Assembly (NCBI GenBank): GCA_040219085.1
Contig: JAVJTC010000020.1
Span: forward strand, 208,317 to 272,316
Length of the DNA: 64,000 nucleotides
Reading direction: 5' to 3'
Origin: Acidimicrobiales bacterium
Lineage (GTDB): Bacteria > Actinomycetota > Acidimicrobiia > Acidimicrobiales > JAVJTC01
In this document: one piece after another, positions 56,967 through 64,000 of the stretch
Layout of the letters: every line of letters begins with the position of its first letter
Position numbering within the stretch: position 1 is the stretch's first letter
The notes under the pieces: generated by a model
Told to the model about the DNA's origin: nothing
Database searches by the model: none
Seen by the model: the letters and a program-made list of their open reading frames with translations, nothing else
Translations under genes and position numbers: made by a program

Positions 56967-57971
56967 CTAGGAATCGGCCCGGACCGCACACGGTGATGCG
57001 CCCGGATCGGGTGCGGGAGTCGAGGGCCGCGCCGTCCCGGTGGACCGTCGGCGCAACGGGTACAGCATCTGGCTCACGACGCCCGCCGGCACCGCCTCGT
57101 CCACCCCGTAGCGCTGCGGGCGGCGGTCCGCCGGCATGAAGTAGGTGCCGAAGATGATGTCCCACACGGGCAGGAAGACCGAGTAGTTGGTGTGGATCGA
57201 CTCCGGGTGGTTGCCGTGGTGCCAGTGGTGGAACTCCGGCGTCATGACGATTCTGTGGAGCGGCCGAAGGCGCCACCGCACGTTCGCATGGGCGAACAGG
57301 CCGATCAGGAACTGCACCACCGCGAATCCGCCGACGACCTCGAGTTGGAACCCCGCCACGAGAGCGAAGACGACGGGTACGGCGATGAGCACACCGTCGA
57401 AGGGGTGGACCCGGATACCCGAGATCCAGTCCATCCGGGCGCTCGAATGGTGGATCGAGTGGAAGCGCCAGAACAGAGGGACCTCGTGGGACAGGCGGTG
57501 GGTCCAGTAGATCAGGACGTCGAGGAGCAGAACGCCTTCGATCGCGATCAACCAGCCGGGTTGGGCCATGACGAGTGGTCGCAGGGTGAACGCAGGCAGC
57601 CAGAGCGGGAAGCACAGCACCGCGATGACGACACCGGCGACGAGACCGATGAGGTTGTTGAGCGGCGACACGAGGGCATAGGTGAGATCCGTGCGCAGCC
57701 CGGGCCGGCGGATGCGCTGACGGTGCCGTCGGAAGAGCTTTTCGAAGGGCACGACGAGGACGAAGAGAGCCGCGATGATCCCGGCCCCCTCGTAGCCGAG
57801 AGCGACCCCGGTCGCGATGGCGGCGATGAGCGCAGCCACGTGGATCCAGCCGAGGATGCGCCTCGACAGTGAGCGGGACCGTTCCGCCGGCGCAGCGGGC
57901 GGCGGGGGCTGCGCTGCAGGTCCGGGCGGCGGTGGTCGGGGCGGCGGCGAGGTCGGCCAGGCGAGGGTCAT
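56967..57971 (-). CDS. Fatty acid hydroxylase / sterol desaturase family membrane protein
   Basis: His boxes HRLSH, HSIHH, HHWHH. GGAGG RBS before ATG 57971. Pro-rich N-terminus. Confidence 0.85.
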   Translation of the reverse strand: MTLAWPTSPPPRPPPPGPAAQPPPPAAPAERSRSLSRRILGWIHVAALIAAIATGVALGYEGAGIIAALFVLVVPFEKLFRRHRQRIRRPGLRTDLTYALVSPLNNLIGLVAGVVIAVLCFPLWLPAFTLRPLVMAQPGWLIAIEGVLLLDVLIYWTHRLSHEVPLFWRFHSIHHSSARMDWISGIRVHPFDGVLIAVPVVFALVAGFQLEVVGGFAVVQFLIGLFAHANVRWRLRPLHRIVMTPEFHHWHHGNHPESIHTNYSVFLPVWDIIFGTYFMPADRRPQRYGVDEAVPAGVVSQMLYPLRRRSTGTARPSTPAPDPGASPCAVRADS

Positions 57972-58084
57972 GGTTGCCTCCTTCACCTGACCTATCGGGC
58001 CGAGCGGCTCCGTCGGTTCACGGATTCTGGTCACGGGTGCGCGCCGGACCAATCCGGCCCGGCGACGGTGTCGAACCTCCGGTG

Positions 58085-58756
58085 ATGGACAACGGAACGC
58101 CCATGACGTCCGAATCGGCCCCCGACGGGGTGGGACCTGCCACCGCCGCGGCCACCATGGACGGTGTGAACCCCTTCCGTCGCCTGCGCGCCGTGCCCGA
58201 CACGGCGCAAGAGGCATCGTCGGCGGACGAACTCATGGTCAGGGCGGCGCGCGGCGATGAGGCCGCGTTCGCCCTGCTGTACGACGAACTCGCTCCGCTC
58301 GTCCACGGCGTCGTCCTCAAGGTTCTGCGTGACCCCTCCCGGGCCGAGGAGGTCACCCAGGAAGTCTTCGTCGAACTCTGGCGCATCGCCGCGCGCTACG
58401 ACGCCGGGCGTGGTTCGGTGAGAGCCTGGACGGCGACGCTCGCGCACCGCCGCGCGGTCGACAGGGTCCGCTCCGAGCAGGCCCACCGCGACCGCAACGA
58501 CCGCGTGAGCCGCCTCGAACCGACTGTCGAGGACACCGTGGCCACCGACGTCGAGGATCGTTTCGAACGAGAGCGGGTCAGGCGCAGTCTCGACGAACTG
58601 ACCGACCTGCAACGCGAGGCCGTCGAACTCGCCTACTTCGGGGGTCACACCTACCGCGAGGTGGCTGTGCTTCTCGGCGTCGCCGAGGGGACCGTGAAGA
58701 CACGGATACGCGACGGTCTGATACGTCTACGCGACACCATGGGAGTGGAATCATGA
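58085..58756 (+). CDS. sigK: ECF sigma factor, SigK-like
   Basis: Region 2 (EVTQEVFVELWRIAARYDAGRGSVRAWTATLAHRRAVDRVR) and region 4 (LTDLQREAVELAYFGGHTYREVAVLLGVAEGTVKTRIRDGL). Followed by an RskA-type gene. Start is 58085 or 58103. Confidence 0.82.
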   Translation: MDNGTPMTSESAPDGVGPATAAATMDGVNPFRRLRAVPDTAQEASSADELMVRAARGDEAAFALLYDELAPLVHGVVLKVLRDPSRAEEVTQEVFVELWRIAARYDAGRGSVRAWTATLAHRRAVDRVRSEQAHRDRNDRVSRLEPTVEDTVATDVEDRFERERVRRSLDELTDLQREAVELAYFGGHTYREVAVLLGVAEGTVKTRIRDGLIRLRDTMGVES

Positions 58757-59469
58757 CCGACGACATCCACCTCCTCGCCGGGGCCTACGCGCTCGATGCC
58801 CTCGATCCCGACGAGAGGCGCCGTTACGAGGCGCACTACACCGACTGTGAGCTGTGCGTCGATGAGGTGGCCGGGTTCCGTGCCACCGCGGCGGCGCTCG
58901 CCGGCGCCGTGGCCGACGCCCCGCCGCCGGACCTCAAGGCCCGGGTCATGGCCGAGGTCGCCCGGACCCGCCAGGACGCCCCCGTGGTCGTGCCGCTCGC
59001 CCGGGTCAGGCGCGGGCGCACACTGCTGGCCGTCGCGGCCTCGGTGATCGCGGTCGTCGTGGTCGTCGGAGCCGTCCTGTTCGGCCTCGACGCCGGGGGC
59101 GAGCGCGACGACGCCGTCGAGTTGGCCTCGGTGCTGACCGCGCCCGATGCGGTCACCACGGTTCTCGACGGTGCCGTCGGCGACGGCACCGTGCGTGTCG
59201 TCTGGTCGCCCGAGCGTGACGCAGCGGTGGTCGTCGGCGCCGGTCTCGCCGCTCCGGGGTCCGGCGAGACCTACGAACTGTGGTCGCTGCGCGGCGACGA
59301 GGCCCGTCCCGCCGGGCTCTTCGTGCCGGACGAGGGCGGTTCGGTCACGGCCCTGCTGGAGGTGGCCTTCGACGACTCCGAGGCGTGGGGGATCACGATC
59401 GAGCCTGCGGGCGGATCGCCCAGCCCCACCGGTGAGATCCTCTACCTCGCAGAGGTCTCCCGGGCCTGA
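58753..59469 (+). CDS. rskA: Anti-sigma-K factor RskA-like
   Basis: LLAGAYALDALDPDERRRYEAHYTDCELCVDEV N-terminus, a central TM helix, and a C-terminal domain with YELWSL..GITIEPAGGSPSPTG. ATGA overlap with the sigma gene. Confidence 0.85.
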   Translation: MTDDIHLLAGAYALDALDPDERRRYEAHYTDCELCVDEVAGFRATAAALAGAVADAPPPDLKARVMAEVARTRQDAPVVVPLARVRRGRTLLAVAASVIAVVVVVGAVLFGLDAGGERDDAVELASVLTAPDAVTTVLDGAVGDGTVRVVWSPERDAAVVVGAGLAAPGSGETYELWSLRGDEARPAGLFVPDEGGSVTALLEVAFDDSEAWGITIEPAGGSPSPTGEILYLAEVSRA

Positions 59470-59481
59470 GCCAGCGCCGCC

Positions 59482-59979
59482 TCAGCGGCCGGTGACGCCG
59501 TCGACCGACTGGCGGATCAGGTCGGCGTGGCCGTTGTGACGGGCCGTCTCGGTGACCATGTGGATCAGGATCCAGCGCATGTCGATCTGGTGGCCGCGGG
59601 GGTGGTGGACGACTCGGCCATCGAGCGAGGCGGTCGCGACGATCTCGTCGGCCCGCTCGATCTCCTCGAGGTAGGCCGCCGTCGCCTCCGAGAGGGTGTC
59701 GGTTCCGCTCGGGTGGAAGGCCGCGTCACGGCCTGCGTCGTTCACCCACCGGGCGCCGATGTCCTCGCCGACGAAGCAGATCCGGAACCAGAACCGCTCG
59801 ACCTCGGCCATGTGCCGGACGAGTCCGAGCAGCGACATGTCCGAACCGGCCACGGTCCGTCGGACCTGGCTCTCGTCGAGGCCGTCGGTCTTCATCAGCA
59901 GCGTCGCACGGTGGTAGTCGAGGAACTGGGTGAGCAGCGTCCGTTCGTCGCCGGTGAAGTCGGGATGGATCCGTTCCAT
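59482..59979 (-). CDS. DinB/DUF664-family protein
   Basis: ERTLLTQFLDYHRATLLMKTDGL..LLGLVRHMAEVERFWF..HNGHADLIR. 165 aa. Start abuts the upstream gene's stop. Confidence 0.8.
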   Translation of the reverse strand: MERIHPDFTGDERTLLTQFLDYHRATLLMKTDGLDESQVRRTVAGSDMSLLGLVRHMAEVERFWFRICFVGEDIGARWVNDAGRDAAFHPSGTDTLSEATAAYLEEIERADEIVATASLDGRVVHHPRGHQIDMRWILIHMVTETARHNGHADLIRQSVDGVTGR

Positions 59980-61956
59980 TCAGCGCTGCCCCCGTGCCCG
60001 TGTGAACGCGTCCACCAGGTCGCGTGCCTCGGTGATCGCGTCGCCGATCGTGCGCGGATCCTTCGCGTCGCCGACCGTCTCGACGGTGGCGATTCCGGGA
60101 AGGCCCACGGACACCCCTCGGCGCGGCTCGGCCACGACGACCGCGACGGCGGGAGCGGTCTTCTCGGTGCCTTCGTGGTCGCGCCACGTGACGCCGCCTG
60201 CCGACAGCGCCAGGGGTTCGCCCACGGCAACGTCGGCTCCCGCGAGTCGGCTCAGGTAGGCGCGCCGGGCGACCCCGGACAGGTCCCGGCCCGGCTTCAC
60301 CGAAGAGATCGCGGTGACCGCCCGCCCCTGACGGTGCAACATCTCGGCCACCGCGAGTCCGTACTGGTCGGTGCCGAGGACGACGACGGGCCCGTCCGGG
60401 AGTTCCGTGTCGAGCGACGATCTCTCCCCGGCGAGGAGGCCCTCCGCCGTCCATGCGGGGAGTTCCTCGTACCCGTCGAGAACGGGTGGGACCGTCACGG
60501 CGCCCGTGGCCACCACCGCGAGGTCCCACGCTCCGGCCACGGGGCTCCCTTCTGTGCCGGCGCCGGTGGGGGCCTCGACGCCGGTCATGACCTCCACCCC
60601 GAGTCGCTCCAGTTCGGCGGTGAACCACGCTGTGAGTCGCGCGAAGTGGGCGAGCGCCGGAGTGCGGGCGGCGAGACGCATCGCGCCGCCCATGGTGTTG
60701 TCGCGTTCGAGGAGTCGCACCGTGTGGCCGTGTTCAGCGGCCCGCCGCGCGGCTTCCATCCCGGCGGGACCACCGCCGATGACCAGGATCCGCGCCGGCG
60801 ACGCGTCGGCCCCGGCCCCGGCTGGCGGCGCCGCAGCCGCGAGCGTCTCGCGACCCACGTCGGGGTTCACCGAGCACGAGATCTGCCCGCCGTGTTGGAG
60901 TTGCCCTGCGCATCCCTGCACCGTGGCGAGACAGGGCCGGATCCGCTCGGCCCGGTCGGCGAGTGCCTTGGGGGCCCAGTCGGGGTCGGCGAGGAGGGCG
61001 CGTCCGAGCGCCACAGCGTCGCAGCGCCCGGAGGAGATCGCGTCCTCCGCCTCGGCCGGGGTGGCGATCCGGCCGACGCCGATCACGGGTACGTCGACGG
61101 TGGACCGCACGGCCGCTGCCAGGTCGAGAAAGCAACCGTCGGCGTCGTCGAGGAGGGGGATCGTCCACGGCACGGATCCGTACACACCCGCCGAGACCAG
61201 CAGCGCATCGGCGCCCGCATCCACCAGGACGGGAGCGATGGCCGTCGCGTCGTCGACGGTCATCCCACCCGGTGCGATGTCCGATCCGTTCATGCGGACC
61301 ACGAGGGCCGCGGCGCCGGCCGCCGCGCGAATGGCGCGGATCACCTCGACAGCGAACGTCGCCCGTTCGATCGTGGTCTCGCCCCCGAAGCGGTCCTCGC
61401 GGCGGTTCGCGTCCGCCGACAGGAACTGCTGGACCAGGTACCCGTGGGCGCCGTGCAACTCGATCACGTCGAAACCGGCGTCCACGGCGCGCCGCGCGGC
61501 GGTGGCGAAGGACCCGATCACGTCCTCGACCTCCGTCGTGGACAACTCGTGGGGCCGGATCGTCACGTGGACCTCGGGTAGGACCGCCGAGGGCGCGACC
61601 GGGTCCGTGCCGGTGACCTTCGGTGAGACCTGGCGGCCGCCGTGGCCGAGTTGGATCCCCGCGGCGGCTCCCGCCCGGTGGATGGCGTCCGCGAGCGGTT
61701 CGAGCGAGGACGCGGCGTCTTCGGGCCACATCCAGGCGATCTGGTTCTCGACCCGACCCTCGGGTCGCACAGCCGAGAAGCCCACGGTGGCGAGCCCCAG
61801 ACCGGTCGCCCGCCGGTTGTAGTAGGCCAGCGTGTCGTCGGTGGGCGCACCGTCGACGAACCCGAACCCGGTGGTCATCGCCGACAGGGTCACGCGGTTG
61901 CGCAGTTCCACGGATCCCAGCGTGATCGGCGTGAACAGATGCGGGTAGGCGGTCAT
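59980..61956 (-). CDS. NADH:flavin oxidoreductase / 2,4-dienoyl-CoA reductase-like (OYE domain plus FAD/NAD domain)
   Basis: N-terminal OYE-like LFTPITLGSVELRNRVTLSAMTTGF, HGAHGYLVQQFLS, Cys cluster CLATVQGCAG, dinucleotide motif ILVIGGGPAGMEAA. ATG 61956 chosen. Confidence 0.85.
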   Translation of the reverse strand: MTAYPHLFTPITLGSVELRNRVTLSAMTTGFGFVDGAPTDDTLAYYNRRATGLGLATVGFSAVRPEGRVENQIAWMWPEDAASSLEPLADAIHRAGAAAGIQLGHGGRQVSPKVTGTDPVAPSAVLPEVHVTIRPHELSTTEVEDVIGSFATAARRAVDAGFDVIELHGAHGYLVQQFLSADANRREDRFGGETTIERATFAVEVIRAIRAAAGAAALVVRMNGSDIAPGGMTVDDATAIAPVLVDAGADALLVSAGVYGSVPWTIPLLDDADGCFLDLAAAVRSTVDVPVIGVGRIATPAEAEDAISSGRCDAVALGRALLADPDWAPKALADRAERIRPCLATVQGCAGQLQHGGQISCSVNPDVGRETLAAAAPPAGAGADASPARILVIGGGPAGMEAARRAAEHGHTVRLLERDNTMGGAMRLAARTPALAHFARLTAWFTAELERLGVEVMTGVEAPTGAGTEGSPVAGAWDLAVVATGAVTVPPVLDGYEELPAWTAEGLLAGERSSLDTELPDGPVVVLGTDQYGLAVAEMLHRQGRAVTAISSVKPGRDLSGVARRAYLSRLAGADVAVGEPLALSAGGVTWRDHEGTEKTAPAVAVVVAEPRRGVSVGLPGIATVETVGDAKDPRTIGDAITEARDLVDAFTRARGQR

Positions 61957-61998
61957 GGAGCAGGAGCGTAGGGGAACCACGGACTACGGTCCCGCAAC

Positions 61999-63330
61999 GT
62001 GAGGACGCCTCCCGACATCTCGCCGTCCGCTGTCGCCGCGGCGCTGGATGGCGCAGGGGTGGCGTCGGCCGGAGCCGTCGAGGTCGAACGCCTCAGCGGC
62101 GGCTACTCCTGGGTCACCTTGCGCGTCGACACGGTCGAACGGTCCGTGATCGTGCGCGTCGCCCCGGAGGGTGGGACCGTCGAGCCTTACGACCCGGCCT
62201 CTGAGGCCCGCATCCTCCGCGCTGTCGAAGGGGTGGTGCCGGCACCGGCGGTGCTCGCCGTCGAGGGGTCAGCGGACAACCCCATCGGTCGACCATTCGG
62301 GGTCTACTCGCTGTGCCCGGGGTCGGTCGTGCGGCGCCCCGAGAACCCCGAGAGCTACCGCCACGCGTTCGCGGACGCGCTCGCGGCGATCCACCGTGAC
62401 GGCGACCCTACGGCCCTGACTGCCCGGCCCGGCGCCGCCGGAGTCGTCCCGACGGTGGGGGAGACCTACCGGCGGGAGCTGGCCCGGGTCACCGACGCCT
62501 TCGCCGACACGTGGGCCCACCCCGGCTGGATCATCGCCCTGCGCTGGCTGTGGGCCCGACTGCCGGATTCAGCGGAGCCCGGAGTCGTCTGCCACGGGGA
62601 CTACCGCCCGGCCAACATCTTGTGGACCGCGCCCGGCGAGATCGGCGGCGTCCTGGACTGGGAACGCGCCCGCGCCGGTGACCCGTTGGCGGACGTCGCG
62701 TTCACCTGGCACCTCGCGGGGTGGGCGGCACTCGAAGGCGACCTTCTCGACCGGTACCTGGCCGCGTCGGGCACGCACCTCGACGAGGAGCGACTCGCCT
62801 ACGCACTGCGCTTCGAACGGGTGCGGTCGCACCTGTCGGGTTCCCAGGGTCTGCGTGCGTTCGTGGACGGCCGGGCCGACGACGACCGCCTGGTTGCAGT
62901 GGGTGAGTCCGGTGAGGTGGGGATGTGGGACCTGGTCGAGTGGATCGCCGGTGACCCCACCGGGCCGGAAGCCCCGGACCTGCCGCCGCTGGACCCGGCG
63001 ATCGTCGAACGTTCACTGGCCCGCGGCGGCTACCCCGTGGACGATGCCGTCGCGGGTCGTGTCAGCGACGAGCGTCTCAAAGCGCACCTGGCTGACTGGT
63101 TCGGGCACGATCACGACGACCTCGGCCGCTCGCTGAACGCACTGGGTGAATTCGTACACATAGATTCGTCAGCGGTACTGTCGGACCCTGAAAACGTGTG
63201 GGGGACGGTGTTCGCCGACCTGTGTCGGGCGGCGGCCACCGCCGGGCCCGAACTGGTCGGGCCAGTGCGGGCGCTGGGTGCCCGTTTCGCCTCCCGCCCG
63301 ACCCGATTCCCGAAAATGGAGTGGCGATGA
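61999..63330 (+). CDS. Phosphotransferase (APH/choline-kinase-like) family protein
   Basis: Kinase catalytic loop VCHGDYRPANILW and VLDWERARAGDP. 443 aa. Confidence 0.8.
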   Translation: MRTPPDISPSAVAAALDGAGVASAGAVEVERLSGGYSWVTLRVDTVERSVIVRVAPEGGTVEPYDPASEARILRAVEGVVPAPAVLAVEGSADNPIGRPFGVYSLCPGSVVRRPENPESYRHAFADALAAIHRDGDPTALTARPGAAGVVPTVGETYRRELARVTDAFADTWAHPGWIIALRWLWARLPDSAEPGVVCHGDYRPANILWTAPGEIGGVLDWERARAGDPLADVAFTWHLAGWAALEGDLLDRYLAASGTHLDEERLAYALRFERVRSHLSGSQGLRAFVDGRADDDRLVAVGESGEVGMWDLVEWIAGDPTGPEAPDLPPLDPAIVERSLARGGYPVDDAVAGRVSDERLKAHLADWFGHDHDDLGRSLNALGEFVHIDSSAVLSDPENVWGTVFADLCRAAATAGPELVGPVRALGARFASRPTRFPKMEWR

Positions 63331-64000
63331 GCCTGACGACCGACGACGAGTTCCTGCACGATCCGCCCGCCGGAGCGGAGGGACTGTGGTCCGACAACTT
63401 CTGGTTCTCGGTGGTCGATCGTGAGGCCGGCGTCTTCGGTATCAACCACATCCACGCGAGCCGTTCCGAGGGTTACCTGCGGGCCAGCGCCTTCTACGTG
63501 ATCGACGGCGTCCACCAGCAGTGGGCGAGCCGCCAGCCCCTCACCGGTGACCGCCAGTTCGAGACCCTCGGCGACGGTCGCCTCGGGTTCTCGGTGGTCG
63601 AACCGTTCGAGCGGTACCGCTGGACGCTCGACGGGCCGAAGTTCTCCTTCGACCTCGACTACTCGGTGCGGTTCGGCACCTTCGACTACGAGGACTGTCA
63701 CGGCGGGAACCCGCTGGCCACCTACGAGACCTACGGCGGGCACTACGAGCAGGCGCTCGACTGCTCGGGGACCTTCGTGACCCACGGCGGCCCCCGCGAG
63801 GGTGAGGAGCGGTCCATCTCGTGCTGGGCGCACCGTGACCACTCCTGGACGCACCGCTTCACCCACCCGAGCCCGTGGGAGCCCCGTTACCGCAAGACCG
63901 AGGAGCAGTCCTGGGGGCACTTCTGGCCTTCCGTGCAGCTCCCGGACCGTCACCTGAACTCGTTCGGTTGGATGTCACCGTCGCAGCCGATTCCCGAGGG
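63327..64000 (+). CDS. Hypothetical protein (3' end outside window)
   Basis: This ORF is not in the supplied track because no stop lies inside the window. I translated it by hand: ATGA overlap with the kinase gene, MSLTTDDEFLHDPPAGAEGLWSDNFWFSVVDREAG.., no stop to the window end, high GC3. The antisense ORF 63111..63953 is a shadow. Confidence 0.65.
   Translation, partial: MSLTTDDEFLHDPPAGAEGLWSDNFWFSVVDREAGVFGINHIHASRSEGYLRASAFYVIDGVHQQWASRQPLTGDRQFETLGDGRLGFSVVEPFERYRWTLDGPKFSFDLDYSVRFGTFDYEDCHGGNPLATYETYGGHYEQALDCSGTFVTHGGPREGEERSISCWAHRDHSWTHRFTHPSPWEPRYRKTEEQSWGHFWPSVQLPDRHLNSFGWMSPSQPIPE

Overview
64-kb window of a very high-GC Actinomycetota-type chromosome. The phylum call rests on mycothiol-linked genes, SigK/RskA, a long-form HPF and the hpf-secA-prfB-ftsEX order; the class cannot be decided from sequence alone. 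Coding density is very high. I call 67 CDS (two cut by the window edges), 4 tRNAs (Leu-TAG, Lys-CTT, His-GTG, Arg-TCT) and the tmRNA gene ssrA. I see no rRNA, CRISPR array, transposase, integrase or phage gene. Many adjacent genes overlap by 4 nt (GTGA/ATGA), so most of the window is organised in translationally coupled operons. Nearly all long antisense ORFs in the supplied track are GC-driven shadow ORFs.

Conserved core content:
- an envelope sugar-nucleotide block: GT-C-like membrane protein, GT2, manB, Trm112, PGI/PMI, then ahcY, glf and later galE;
- hpf-secA-prfB-ftsE-ftsX;
- ssrA and smpB;
- mec-cysM, rph-rdgB, clpP, rpe, bioB, surE.

Accessory or unusual content:
- four ECF sigma modules within 16 kb;
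- two c-di-GMP enzymes;
- an amylosucrase-type GH13 enzyme and a TreT-like GT4;
- an AceK homologue outside any glyoxylate operon;
- an orphan ParA-like ATPase coupled to a disordered zinc-ribbon protein.

The locus I consider most worth follow-up spans about 47.3-52.3 kb. It starts at tRNA-Arg, followed by an unusual repeat structure and a convergent ECF sigma/anti-sigma pair. Divergent from that pair is a four-gene coupled operon: a membrane-anchored protein ending in a 46-aa tail made only of E/D/H/Y (plus one G), a Pro/Thr/Ala-rich anchored protein, an ApbE flavin transferase with no signal peptide, and a bis-heme ferric-reductase-domain membrane protein. I find no recognisable FMN-acceptor motif anywhere in the locus.

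All functional calls come from motif and homology recognition by eye. No database search was run.
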